A stretch of DNA of 64,000 bases from Hormiphora californensis. Lineage: Eukaryota > Animalia > Ctenophora. Location of the stretch: positions 4,650,001 through 4,714,000 of the forward strand of contig CM035358.1 of the NCBI GenBank assembly GCA_020137815.1. Reading direction: 5' to 3'. Position numbers and translations under genes: made by a program. The notes below the pieces were generated by a model, which saw nothing but the letters and a program-made list of their open reading frames with translations, made no database searches and was not told where the DNA came from. Shown here piece after piece: positions 1 to 12,057 of the stretch (positions are counted from its first letter, which is position 1; the number at the start of each line of letters is the position of its first letter).

Positions 1-3000
1 ACAATCGGTATCTCAACTACAACCTTTTTGAGTCCCAACTTGCCCCTAACCGCTATAGAGAAGGTGGCAAGATATTCCAGCTCTATAATACTGCAATATC
101 GTGTGTTAACATCACAAATAGCCGGGATAAAGAGAGGGACGTGCTCCCAAATGTAGGAGGAATGGGGGGCAATCTCGCCTCGTTTTGTACTGCATATCCT
201 CTTCGCTATCGACTCCTTTCCACCATCTGGAGAAAATAGATATCAATCATATATCAACATTTCACTGTGTAAAATTATAAAATAATAGTTGGAACGATCC
301 AACCTGTTTGTTTATCGCACCCATCTCATACACACGACACACCATGGGCAGACCCTCTACCTAAATATGTCACATCGCTCCCATGTCACATTGACACACA
401 CACACCTACTCTCACACACATACACACCTGATACCTGTTCTGACTCTCTCTCTCTAATGTTACCTGCACGGAAGGTGACTGTCTGATGGATGGCCACCTC
501 AGAGTATTGGGTGGTTCTGTCTGACATGTTCCTAATATCTGCTGTTACCCTCATATTCTCTCCCACATACCAACCTGTCAAATAATGGAGTTTGAATAAA
601 GTTTGATAAATTAAACTAGAAGTCTGAATAGAACGGTTAATGTGACTCACAATTCACATTAATCGTTCCATTCAGACTTCTAGTGAATTAGATGGCCAAA
701 CAACTCATCCCGCATGCTGTCTGAAACTCTAACTTCTTGTCAACTAAAGCTTACCGGTTCGTGGTAGAGTGAATAGGAAGGACACGTCTCCAGCTCCCTT
801 CCCACAACACATGTATCCGACCCTCTTGAATGCTTGCTCGTACCTGTTAATAAGGTTACACATGTTATGCTCTCTTTTCGGAGCGTGTTCGTCTCGACAT
901 TGCGCGTCGCGGGTGAACGAGCTAACCCGGGTGAACGAGCTAACAATAGTGAACTTACATGCGATATACTGCATCGCGCGCATGTAATTGCACTATTGTT
1001 AGCTTGTTCACCCGGGTTTGGTACAGCCTGCGACGCGCAATGTTGAGACGAACACGTTCCGAAAATGCAGGATTATGCAATTTTGCACCTTTTAGAGGGT
1101 TACAGTGCTGCTTGCAGTCAAAATACGGTATCGCGAAATACAGTAATGAGACACACACGTTGCATAACACGCGGCAAAAAGTTCATGTGTCAGCACGTAC
1201 TAGCGTACTGATTGGCCACGGTTGCACGTCGTCTTAGGCCGGGTCCAGACGAGTGGTAGGTAGCTACTATGGCAGGGTGCTATGGCAGGGTGCTATGGCA
1301 GGTGGGTACTGTCCAGACGAGTGGTAGCTAAGCTACCATAGTAGGCCATCTACCACTCGTCTGGACACCCTCCGACACAAATCAATCATCGGGGGTATCA
1401 AATTTCTTATGCCCCATACAAGTAAAGTTGCAATGGTAGGTTGTCAGAGGGTGTCCAGACGAGTGACACCCTACTATAGCAGGGTGTAATAGGCCGAGGT
1501 ATAACACCCTGCAATGGTAGATATAAGTGTCCAGACGAGTGGTAGGTGTGGTAGATATCTACTATAGCACCCTGCCATAGTAGCTACCTACAACTCGTCT
1601 GGACCCAGCCTTACTGTATCTTCGTTTTCCATTACCGTTTTCCCACTACAAGCGACCGTGTTAGTCGAAAGTAAACAAGGAAGTTGTTGGGTACTAATAT
1701 CAAGTTGTGATACAAATGGCAAACGGTAAATATTGGAAGTGAAGTGCAATCGTGTTCAGCTTATCTTTTATAGCTTCAGATGTTACTAGGAGATACTAGG
1801 AGGTACCAGGAGATACCAGCGAACTCCATGAGATGCCAGCAAACCCATAGGAGGTACTGGCAAACTCCAGGAGACACTAGGGGGTACTAGGGGACACTAG
1901 TAAACACAAGCAAACCCTAGAATTCACTGGTAGTTGCTGGGAGGTGTTATTTGTGCTCTCCAACAACTGCAGTAATGACCCATTAGCGAAGCTGACTCTA
2001 GCTCTCTGATTCACTACTAGCTTCTGACAGAGCAGGGTTCTCAGAATCTGAGTCAGATACTACAGAATCTGAGTCAGATACTACAAGGGAACGACCACCT
2101 CGTACCCATTTTCCTTTTTTATAATCATAGTAACTATGCACGAATTTAAATCTGCTTGATCGATGATTACTGTCCACTTTCCAGACTCCAATGGTCCCAT
2201 CTGCTGACCTAGAACCGGTCACGACCACCTCCTTCCCATTTTCCTTTTTCAAAGCAACAATGCACGGTATTAGATCTGAGTGTGCTTGGTTGATAGTTAC
2301 TGTCCACTTTTCGGTAACCAAATCATAAACATGAAGTGAACACGAACGAGAACTTAACACAAGTTTGTCACATTCTTCTATAATTGTCGGCCGATTTGGG
2401 TGATACCGTGCAAGGATTAAAGTAGGAGGGGCAATGGCGTAAAAGCTTATCCCAGGTGTTGGTGGCTCAATTGTCACAGGACCACCCGAAGGCGAAGGCT
2501 TGATAAATATAATCGTGCCTGACCGAGTAACAGCACAAAGTGCATCATCTTCAGCATTGGTAGAGATGGAACGAGAAAGTGAAAGTGGACACATTGAAGT
2601 AAGGGCTGGTAACTGTCCATCTTCATACCATGTCACAAAACCAGAAGTAAACAGATCGTCTACTAATTGTAAAATCTTTCCCCGAATAGCTATACCAACC
2701 TTACTTTGGCCCCAACGCTCGACACATGACACTGGCTCTCCCACATCTGCAGATTTGCTCTTCGTTTCATCCGAAGACCACAGAAGAACCTCACCTCCAT
2801 CCGACACAATAACAGGAGAGAATGACATCACAGACATCCCGATTATTCTATGGCCTTTCATTCTGTTTAATGGAAACGTCTTGTAGTTACCAAACTGTCG
2901 TCTTCGCCCTCCTTTTACTCTTTTCCCTCTACATTCGATTTCATATAAGCTCCAAGCTTGCTTGTATTGCAAAGTTACATATAAAATATTCATAGTCCAG

Positions 3001-6000
3001 CATGCACCAAACAACTCCCAATCTTTCGGATTCGTTGAAGTCGTCATAAGCTTCAGAGTCCCAATAACTGTGTTATCCTCGACTGAAACTTTATAAATAG
3101 TACAACTCCTAGTCCCCACAAAAACATTCCCTTCGTACCCCGCTACCACAAACACTACAGTCTCTTGTTGGTCTGGATCAGGTCTGAACTTGGCCAGAAC
3201 GTACTGTTCGGCATGCCTAACTACCTTTCGGTAGAAAGAAGATCTCCCTGAGGTTGAATCCATCAATGCGAATACCGAGGGTCCGGGGAAAAATGCTGCT
3301 CCTGCTACTTCAAAGCTCTTGTTGAGGGTCGTTAATGCTGATAAAACCAACCCATCTTTTAACAGGAGTTGTGACTTGATGTACAAGAGGGATGACAGTG
3401 TTGCGGGGCTGTGTTGATGTTCGGTTACTAAATTATCAACCGACAGAAGATTGGGTGAAACAGTAATTATTGTTCTTTCTAGTCGGGACCTGATAAAACT
3501 GTCCGTGTCTGGGGATGCTCGAACCTGTTCCATCGTGCTGGTTTTCTTCAAGAGTGGTGTTTTGAGCGAGTGGAGCAGGGAGGATATCATGATGTTTCCA
3601 CTCAGTTGGTCGTTAGAAGAAGTGGAACAGGACGTTGATTCAGGGAAGATTTGATCTCCAATTAACTCAACCAAGATCTCCAGAAAGAAAACTAGAATTT
3701 TCAGCTCCGTTCGATGTTTGAACTCCGCCTTTTCACGTTCATAATCAGCCTGACTTGTAAAGCACTGCCCAATAATGCTTATCTCAAAGTCAAGGCTGGA
3801 TCTCGGAATACACTGTTCAAATTGTGTAACTTTATACTCCAGTGTCCTTATCAAACCGTCCGCAGTACACCCCAAATTAACCTCCCCCTGATCAATGTTC
3901 ACAACCACGATATCACCCATAGCAGGCATCTCTTCTAGAATCCCGCTTTCAGCTCCTAAAATGTACTGGCCAACTGGGGCCTCCAGAATCAGGAACAGGG
4001 CTTCTGGGAGGGTGGGGAGGTAGGGAACCTGCCAATCAAGGGGCTTGATGTATGACAGGAAGGTCTCGATCATTAGAACTCTTAGTGGATTGTTATCACT
4101 TACAAACACTATTTGTTGTTCGGAAAGGATACTACCAACAATTTGAAGGATCTGTAGGTGTGTGAAGTAGTAGAATGGAAGTGTTAGGGGTAGGTCTCCT
4201 GTCCCGGGTAGAAGAGGCGGGGTGAGTGTTACGGAGAATTTTGGTATGGGAATCACAATGCTATCCCCTGCAGGTATCACAATGTTTGACAGTGTTTTTA
4301 ACATATCCTGCACCTCCAATTCCCATCTGCCTTCATCAGTTAGGTTGTGGGAAAGCACTTGGAGTAGGTCCGTCATCAATCGAAATCTACGGTAGGCCGA
4401 GAAAAGATGGAAATTACATCCACCGATCTGAAGTATAAACACATAAACCCGTGACCCATCCTCAGACGTTAGAACACCGTACCCCACAGTGGGGCTCCCA
4501 CCAGGTTCTATACGTTTCTTCTCCCCGACCAGACAAATCTTCTCAACATCCTCTACCATACTCCATGTTAGAGGCGGTGAAATTAGTGCTGCTGAGTTGT
4601 CAATAGTCGGATGTTTGATGATGGTAGTGGCTGAGACTAGGGATCGGGTGCCTCCTGATCTAGTGACAAGGCACGTTTCACAGAGAGTTGGGAGGGCAAC
4701 ATGCTGGCTATCATCAGTCATATCCTGGAACAGAAACGAATTTAGGGTGCGTTTGACGAACAATTCAAAATGGTGGTCTATCTAGTACGTTTTACGATGA
4801 TTATTCATTATTTAATGATGTTCTAACTGATGATTATTGACTACGAGTGCTAATTTCCTATTAATTAATTATCCGTCCAGTTAATCGATAACAGGTAGGT
4901 AAATAGTCGCACGCTTTTTAACATTTTTAAGAAGTTTTGAGTTATAACTCCGCCATTTAATAACTGATTTCCTTGACACTATTGGAAAGAAATCATTGTC
5001 TTCATTCGAACAAGCACACAAGATAAGAATCAGTGGAGAAAACAGAATTAAACAGAATTAAACAGAATTAAACAAATAAACATCTATAATGGCATTTCAT
5101 TGTCAGATGGGATAAAAATGCTAAGGTGTTAAAAAATTGAAATTAGTTAAGTTAAAGTTAAATATCATGAGGCAAAAATGTCACGCTCGGGTAAGAAAGG
5201 AAAACCTACATGAAGGGAATGAATGAATTATAAAAACACAATAAAAAGGCTAAAAGGCGAAAAGTGGTCAACAAGGGCAGGGGGGAAAGGTAGAGCGATA
5301 TGAAAATGAAAACGCATAGTAGTAAAAAAAGAATAAATCTCGTTGAAAAATAAAAATCAGGGGGACGGGAAAAATGCAGTAGGCAAGCAAAAGACACAAA
5401 TATGAAACACATAAAAAAATGAGATAGTTCGTGAGGTAATTCTTGGTGCTAGCAACCCTGGGCTTTCTGAAAAATGGTGCTGGGGTTGAGTATGCTCAAC
5501 TAAGGTTGTTTTATGGATATTGGATTGGATTGCCGTAATGGAATCCGTATCCTAGCGCGCCGGGCGCCGGCTGTTGAGGGAACTCAACGGTTCAGTGGGT
5601 ATTACCCACTGACTGGGTATAGCAGCTTCGGTGGGGTTGAGTGAGCTCACGCAGCTCAACGAAGGTGGATGGTATTACCTTAATGAAATCCATATCCTAC
5701 TGGTTAGTTGAGAATGCTCAACGATTAATTTCATTGAAAGTAGATATAATCTCCTCAAAGGATATATAGATATTCAGACAAGTCTTCTCAACAGACAAAT
5801 CTTCTCAACAGACAAATCTTCTCAACAGACAAATCTTCTCAACAGACAAATCTTCTCAACAGACAAATCTTCTCAACATTCTCCACCATACTCCATGTTA
5901 GAGGCGGTGAAATTAGTGCTGCTGAGTTGTCAATAGTCGGATGTTTGATGATGGTAGTGGCTGAGACTAGGGATCGGGTGCCTCCTGATCTAGTGACAAG

Positions 6001-7982
6001 GCACGTTTCGCGGTACAAAACGTCAAAAAAGATTTTTTAGAAATTTTAAATTTTAATTTTAAAACCGTGCGCGGCAAGTGCACGCAATGTTTAAATAAAA
6101 GTTCAGCGTGTTACAGTCTGTCATACGCATTTTCATATGGAATTTATGGAATACGCATATATGATACGAACATACCAGAGAGCTTGTGGTTAACTCACCC
6201 GGGTCATTTTGTAGGTTCCCTAAGGGAACTTGAAGACAGCTTGATAAAAAATAATGTGGGCATAATTGCATCATTCAGTGATCGGATTTAGTTGTTGAGT
6301 ATCACATGGTCGCTTGTAGTGGGAAAACGGTAATGGAAAACGAAGATACAGTAAGACGACGCGCAACCGTGACCAATCAGTACGTGCTGACACATGAAAT
6401 TTTTGCCGTGCGTTATGCACCGTGCGCGTCTCCTTACTGTATTTTGCGTTACCGTATTTTGACTGCAAGCAGCACTGTTAGAATAAGGAAACGACCGAAC
6501 CGGGTTTTTCTCAGCCGAACCAAACCAAACCAGATTTATCAATTTACCAAAATGAACCATCCCGGCTGGGGTGAGGGGGCTTGCCACCTTTGCACTTGCC
6601 AGCGTAGTGATTTCAAAGTCAATTTTGAAAACAATAATTATATTTTCATTTTGCTGTGAAGATTTCGATTCGCTGCAGGATTTTGCACTTCGTTCATTCA
6701 ATTTCCAGAGATCGGGGAAGTCTGTATGATCATGATAATCAGATAAATTTGTTTTTCTTTTTTACTTTTCAACTTGCTAGATCAAACTTTTCCGTTAAAT
6801 AAAACACCGTAATTTCATTTTGTCCCTGTTGACCAAGCCGGAAGGAGTTACCATCTCTATTGACTATTATCATGCGGATCATAAACAATTATCCGATACT
6901 TATCCTGTTGCTAGATCTCGTTTCATTTCTTTTATCATGGACAACATGAACGAGTGCAATCTTTCCTACCCAGCCCACACTTTTTACCCACACTCAATCC
7001 ACCGAGGTCTGTGTGTACCTCCATTCTGTCCACCGGAAAGTTACTCAGCAGTCGAGACCCTCCCATCCCGTCCGGATGATGTGCTGATTGCAACCTACAC
7101 CAAAAGTGGTACCACCTGGCTCCAAACCATGGTTTACTATTTACTGGACTGTCCTAGCGGCCCCCTGACAGAGATCACGCAGCAGATCCCATGGCTTCAA
7201 TCACTCCTTCACAAATCGGAAAAGCGAGATTATATCGAGAAAATGCCAAGTCCAAGAGTGTTCAAGACCCATGATGTGTTTTCCTGGCTGCCGCCCCAAT
7301 GGGCCAGCAGGAAGATAATCTACTGTGTTCGTAACCCAAAAGACTGTGCTGTTTCCTACTACCATCACATTGAAACATTTAACTTTCGTTACAAATGCGC
7401 CCCAGTCGCTGAGGGTAATTTTAGCCGGTATTTCTCCGAGATTGCTCGAGATCCAAAAGTCTCGAGCTATGGACTTTGGGAGGACCACGTGGGCGAGTGG
7501 TTAAATGAGGCGACAAAGTGTGACAATATCCTAGTCCTGTCGTATGAGGACCTGGTAGAGGATTGTGAGAGGGAGGTGAGGAAGATAGCTGACTTCCTGG
7601 CCCCTGGGGTAGAGGTGACTCAGGAGAGGTTGGAGAGGATCCTTCACGAGGGAAATATCAACACGATGAAAGGGAACAGTGCGGTTAACTATTCGGCACA
7701 TTGCAATGTTAATACCACGCCGTTTATTAGAAAGGGCGGGGTTGGAGGATGGAGGGAATGGTTGAATGAGGACCAATCTAAAGAGATGGACGATGCAATT
7801 GAAAAAGTTGAAAAGAAAACTGGAGTTAAAATTAGGACGATTGTTTGAGTTTGGTATGTTGACTAGACCAAAAAACAAAAGAAATTTGTTTGGAACACCC
7901 GTGGCCTTTTGTCGATACTTGACGCTGCGGGAAATGCACCCATAATCTGAGCTACTAGGTATCGTTGTGCCATCTCTCCAAG

Positions 7983-8036
<54 letters not shown>

Positions 8037-11000
8037 CTCTCTCTCTCTCACTCTTCCACACGTCTTACTCTGACGAAGGGTGCATTTCCCGTAGCGTCAA
8101 GTATCGACAAAAGGCCACGGGTGTTCCAAACAAATTTCTTTTGTTTTTTGGTCTAGTTTCTCGGGATTTTTGTAAACAGGTATCATAATTATGCAAATAA
8201 CGGCTAAACGGTGGGAGATACGACTTTTTGTCCGGGAGACGACCCCCCATAAATCGACTATTCTGCGTCGAAATATGTCCATGAAAACTTTCTAGGACTA
8301 GCTGAAGTGGAAATATTCAGAATATGCACTAAATCATGAATCGGCGCATAAATATGCACATAACGGCTAAACGGTGGGAGATACAACTTTTTGTCCGGGG
8401 GACGACCCCCCATAAATCGACCATTCTGCGTCGAAATATGTCCATGAAAACTTTCTAGGACTAGCTGAAGTGGAAATATTCAGAATATGCACTAAATCAT
8501 GAATCGGCGCATAAATATGCAAATAACGGCTAAACGGTGGGAGATACAACTTTTTGTTCGGGGGACGACCCCCCATAAATCGACCATTCTGCGTTGAAAT
8601 ATGTCCATGAAAACTTTCTAGGACTAGCTGAAGTGGAAATATTCAGAATATGCACTAAATCATGAATCGGCGCATAAATATGCACATAACGGCTAAACGG
8701 TAGGAGATACAACTTTTTGTCCGGGGGACGACCCCCCATAAATCGACTATTCTGCGTCGAAATATGTCCATGAAAACTTTCTAGGACCAGCTGAAGTGGA
8801 AATATTCAGAATATGCACTAAATCATGAATCGGCGCATAAATATGCAAATAACGGCTAAACGGTGGGAGATACAACTTTTTGTCCGGGGGACGACCCCCC
8901 ATAAATCGACCATTCTGCGTCGAAATATGTCCATGAAAACTTTCTAGGACCAGTTGAAGTGGAAATATTCAGAAAATGCATAAATCATGAATCGGTGCAT
9001 AAATATGCAAATAACGGCTAAACGCTGCAAGATATGACTTTTTCTCCAGGGGACGACCCCCCATAAATCGACTATTCTCCGTCCAATGCGACCAATGAAA
9101 AGCCGCTATCATAAGTAGAACTTGAGATATTCAGATGTGCATATTGTCATAATTATGTGCATATAACTCCTTAACGGTAAAAGTTAGAGAAAATTGTCCC
9201 GAGTAAGACCCCCCATAAATCGAATATTTTGCGTCGGTTAGAACGGTCGATTTATCTCTAGTATGCTTCATTACCGAGATATTCATAAATTTATACATAA
9301 ATTATGCATAATTAATGACTTAATGATCTCTAATCAAGATGCCATATAGCCTACTACACACAGAATAGCTAGAGTAACCTAAGTTTAAAATTTCAGGGCT
9401 CTAGCTTTAGCCGTTTTTCCAGGCGAATGTTTGCAAAATGGTGGTGCCTTGTATGTATAGTGTATAGTGTCTACACAGGGTGTGTTTGGGACCCCCCTCG
9501 TAACTTTTGAACGAAACGACCGATCCACTTGAAATTTATATCACTAACAGTAATGGTAGAGGTACTTATAACTACAAAATTTCAGCTCGCTAGCTTATCG
9601 GGAACATGGTCAAACAGGCGCTCAAAAAGGGCGTTTGTCGCATCCGTATGGTATACTGCACTGGCCCCCACTGGGGGGGGGGGGGTAAATGAACTTCTCG
9701 CGCCGGACTTAATTGTTTCAGAGTCATGTTTTGTTATGACTGGGGATATTTTTAATGCTGGGGGCTGTGCCCCCAGACCCCCCTAAGGCCACGGGGCACT
9801 TGCCAGTGCAGTGATAGTAAAGAAAGTGCTTATAAATATTGGAATAAATCTTGTTTATTCAGAAATTAAATGTTTTACTTACTTTGATTGCTTTAGGGCA
9901 GGGTGTCCGGCTATGCTTTGACTTTGAAAGAGCACCAGCTGATGCACTGCACACTCCTGCTTCAGACAACTCTCTCTTCTTAACGATACTAGAGACAGGA
10001 AACTAAAGGGACAGAGAACGTGTGTTAGACAGAGATACAAAAGTTACTAAAATTGCTCCGACCTATCTTCCCTCCCCGTTTTGATTTCTTCCGATTGCGT
10101 TAGACAAGATTCGTCCGAAATGAAGTGTTCCTAATTCCTACCTGTCGTTTAGAAACTCAGGTTGCGGTGTTTCAGCGAACTTGCAGTAGACAGCATACCG
10201 AACGTATCCTCGCGTTGTGTGGATTGTGTTTGGAATCTTCTCGGGAAGTTTCAGACGAAACTCAAAACTATATGAACCTGTGGAACGAATTGTGGAATGT
10301 TATTTTTAATCAAGGTTCCAATATTACGGTGTTATTTTTAATCAAGGTGTAGACTCTGACCGGCCTGAAAAATCAAGAAGTGACTGAGGTCCTTTGAGAA
10401 CTGTTCGACAATTTTTGCCATGCATACATGTCACTCACCTGGTTCAAAAATGAGAAGTTTCTTGCCGTCCCCATGTAAGAACTCGTCTGAGGTGTGGAAT
10501 ATCTCTCTATCCTCCGCTCCGGACGACAGACGAACGTACGCTCCGCCCCGACATGAGATGACTAGACCTTTGGATGCACGTGCACCTGGAGATCTGGTGT
10601 GATCAGGTTAATAAGGTTCGAACTTTACCAAGTTTGGACGGACTACTTGTCCAATGCCCGAATTCATCCATCATCATATCACCCAAAATAAGTGTGACAT
10701 AATCTCGAATTCTAAGCAGTGCTTACACGGTCGCTTGTAGTGGGAAAACGGTAATGGAAAACGAAGATACAGTAAGACGACGCGCAACCGTGACCAATCA
10801 GGGCGCTAGTATGTGCTGACACATGAACTTTTTGCCGCGCGTTATGCACCGTGCGTGTCTCCTTACTGTATTTTGCGTTACCGTATTTTGACTGCAAGCA
10901 GCATAATAAGGTGATTTAACTCAAATTTTAGCGTCAACCACAAAAAAATTTGTTACAAAGGATTTCCACCTCAAATGTACTCCTAAGGGTCCCCTCTATC

Positions 11001-12057
11001 GATTCCAACCAATGTTCATATTTGTTCAGGGGTGCTAAGGCCTCATTTCCGGGTGGGCGTGGTACCTGTATTTTCAGCCTGAGGCCAAAACCATAAGTAC
11101 CCTTAAAATAGGAGTAGAGATAAAATCGAGGGCACTAGAGTGATCAGCGTCATCGCATTAGTGGGGGTAGGTGCTGGAATTAAGTCTCTATCTCATCTGG
11201 TTAATTAGATAATTGGATAATTAGTTTTGCGCATAACCGTTTTTTGGCTATATGGCTATAGCCACTTAGGAATGGTTTAGAGACTTTTCATTGGTGCCAT
11301 TTTGTAGGCAAAGCGAATTTATGGGGGGTCGAAGTCGGACTTTTAACCTCTATCTTCAACCGTTTAGCCGTTATTTGGCTTTTAAGATTCTCCAAATGAG
11401 CAAAATACGGTAAAATCCCCGATTTTGAACACCGTTAAAGCCAAAAAACGGCTAAACGGTTGAAGATAGAGCTTAAAAGTCCGACTTCGACCCCCATAAA
11501 TTCGCTTTGCCTACAAAATGGCACCAATGAAAAGTCTCTAAACCATTCCTAAGTGGCTATAGCCATATAGCCAAAAAACGGTTATGCGCAAAACTAATTA
11601 TCCAATTATCTAATTAACCAGATGAGATAGAGACTTAATTCCAGCACCTACCCCCACTAATGCGATGACGCTGATCACTCTAGTGCCCTCGATTTTATCT
11701 CTACTCCTATTTTAAGGGTACTTATGGTTTTGGCCTCAGGCTGAAAATACAGGTACCACGCCCACCCGGAAATGAGGCCTTAGCACCCCTGAACAAATAT
11801 GAACATTGGTTGGAATCGATAGAGGGGACCCTTAGGAGTACATTTGAGGTGGAAATCCTTTGTAACAAATTTTTTTGTGGTGTTCCTGACTCATCACCTT
11901 ACTAGCACTGTAAGTCGTGATGATTTCTACTATTCCCCACTTCTCTTTAAATCTTTTCTCTACCTGTTAGATCAAGGAGAACGTGACCTCGAACAACTTC
12001 ACCGGGAGTTATGGTCTTGCAGGAATTCAGGATTATCTCAAATCGTGGTATGCTCAT
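1..12057 (-). CDS. Alpha-arrestin / arrestin domain-containing protein (ARRDC-like), multi-exon, 3' end runs off the window
   Basis: Phase-consistent GT-AG exons 12057-11964, 10585-10439, 10277-10142, 10002-9883, 843-755, 574-464, 226-<1 translate to MSIPRFEIIL..PGEVVRGHVLLDL..GSYSFEFRLKLPEKIP..RGYVRY..MCCGKG..LPRTGWYVGE..CSIIELEY..VEIPI, matching Arrestin_N/Arrestin_C motifs. Confidence 0.85.
875..1065. repeat. Imperfect palindromic (MITE-like) element
   Basis: ttcggagcgtgttcgtctcgacattgcgcg at left is the near reverse complement of cgcgcaatgttgagacgaacacgttccgaa at right. Confidence 0.6.
1103..1660 (+). mobile_element. ~180-bp dispersed repeat with imperfect TIRs, interrupted here by a nested MITE; other copies at ~6303-6477 and ~10726-10903 (reverse orientation)
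   Basis: Three near-identical copies visible in the window (they yield the repeated ORF MQSKYGNAKYSKETRTVHNARQK). Confidence 0.8.
1237..1610. mobile_element. PIF/Harbinger-like (Tourist-type) MITE with TTA target-site duplication
   Basis: ~47-bp TIRs (ggccgggtccagacgagtggtagg... / ...ctcgtctggacccagcc); TTA at 1234-1236 and 1611-1613; empty site gtcgtcTTActgtatc is seen in paralogous host copies. Confidence 0.9.
1998..4721 (-). CDS. DENN-domain protein with C-terminal WD40-like repeats (DENND3-like Rab GEF), intronless, nested in ARRDC intron
   Basis: 921-aa ORF; DENN motifs (VLTSEDGSRVY, ILSEQQIVFVS, IKPLDWQVPYLPTLP..LEAPVGQYILG, DIVVVNID); C-terminal AHSDLIPCIV..VVTGS..IGVW; likely ATG at 4721 after acceptor ttctgttccag. 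Confidence 0.8.
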   Translation of the reverse strand: MTDDSQHVALPTLCETCLVTRSGGTRSLVSATTIIKHPTIDNSAALISPPLTWSMVEDVEKICLVGEKKRIEPGGSPTVGYGVLTSEDGSRVYVFILQIGGCNFHLFSAYRRFRLMTDLLQVLSHNLTDEGRWELEVQDMLKTLSNIVIPAGDSIVIPIPKFSVTLTPPLLPGTGDLPLTLPFYYFTHLQILQIVGSILSEQQIVFVSDNNPLRVLMIETFLSYIKPLDWQVPYLPTLPEALFLILEAPVGQYILGAESGILEEMPAMGDIVVVNIDQGEVNLGCTADGLIRTLEYKVTQFEQCIPRSSLDFEISIIGQCFTSQADYEREKAEFKHRTELKILVFFLEILVELIGDQIFPESTSCSTSSNDQLSGNIMISSLLHSLKTPLLKKTSTMEQVRASPDTDSFIRSRLERTIITVSPNLLSVDNLVTEHQHSPATLSSLLYIKSQLLLKDGLVLSALTTLNKSFEVAGAAFFPGPSVFALMDSTSGRSSFYRKVVRHAEQYVLAKFRPDPDQQETVVFVVAGYEGNVFVGTRSCTIYKVSVEDNTVIGTLKLMTTSTNPKDWELFGACWTMNILYVTLQYKQAWSLYEIECRGKRVKGGRRRQFGNYKTFPLNRMKGHRIIGMSVMSFSPVIVSDGGEVLLWSSDETKSKSADVGEPVSCVERWGQSKVGIAIRGKILQLVDDLFTSGFVTWYEDGQLPALTSMCPLSLSRSISTNAEDDALCAVTRSGTIIFIKPSPSGGPVTIEPPTPGISFYAIAPPTLILARYHPNRPTIIEECDKLVLSSRSCSLHVYDLVTEKWTVTINQAHSDLIPCIVALKKENGKEVVVTGSRSADGTIGVWKVDSNHRSSRFKFVHSYYDYKKGKWVRGGRSLVVSDSDSVVSDSDSENPALSEASSESES
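5776..6009. repeat. 149-bp duplicate of DENN coding sequence (4531-4679) preceded by a 17-bp tandem array
   Basis: 5861-6009 matches 4531-4679 with 2 visible mismatches; agacaaatcttctcaac x6 at 5776-5877. Confidence 0.9.
6937..7848 (+). CDS. Cytosolic (SULT-type) sulfotransferase, intronless, nested antisense in ARRDC intron
   Basis: 5'-PSB loop TYTKSGTTW, RVFKTH, 3'-PB RNPKDCAVSYYHH, C-terminal FIRKGGVGGW; first ATG at 6937. Confidence 0.93.
   Translation: MDNMNECNLSYPAHTFYPHSIHRGLCVPPFCPPESYSAVETLPSRPDDVLIATYTKSGTTWLQTMVYYLLDCPSGPLTEITQQIPWLQSLLHKSEKRDYIEKMPSPRVFKTHDVFSWLPPQWASRKIIYCVRNPKDCAVSYYHHIETFNFRYKCAPVAEGNFSRYFSEIARDPKVSSYGLWEDHVGEWLNEATKCDNILVLSYEDLVEDCEREVRKIADFLAPGVEVTQERLERILHEGNINTMKGNSAVNYSAHCNVNTTPFIRKGGVGGWREWLNEDQSKEMDDAIEKVEKKTGVKIRTIV
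7862..8157. repeat. 80-bp inverted repeats flanking a (CA)n(CT)n microsatellite
   Basis: 7862-7941 is the reverse complement of 8078-8157 (1 visible mismatch); microsatellite at ~7985-8050. Confidence 0.85.
8190..9250. repeat. 163-bp tandem satellite, ~5 conserved plus degenerate copies
   Basis: aacggctaaacggtgggagata recurs at ~8199, 8362, 8525, 8688, 8851, with diverging copies afterwards. Confidence 0.92.
10937..11881. repeat. ~945-bp near-perfect palindrome (foldback) in ARRDC intron 1
   Basis: Arms ~10937-11385 and ~11435-11881 are almost exact reverse complements; ~50-bp spacer. Confidence 0.92.

Noticed and set aside
6820-6936. TTG-initiated N-terminal extension of the sulfotransferase ORF
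   Set aside because: Eukaryotic gene; first ATG at 6937 gives a normal ~300-aa SULT
6937-7848. Luciferin (coelenterazine) sulfotransferase
   Set aside because: No sequence feature distinguishes substrate; purely speculative
8190-9250. Regular repeats as a CRISPR array
   Set aside because: Whole 163-bp units repeat with no unique spacers; eukaryotic context, no cas genes
4724-9883. Arrestin-N/DENN fusion by cis-splicing
   Set aside because: Phase-2 donor joined to the DENN acceptor gives K-I-stop
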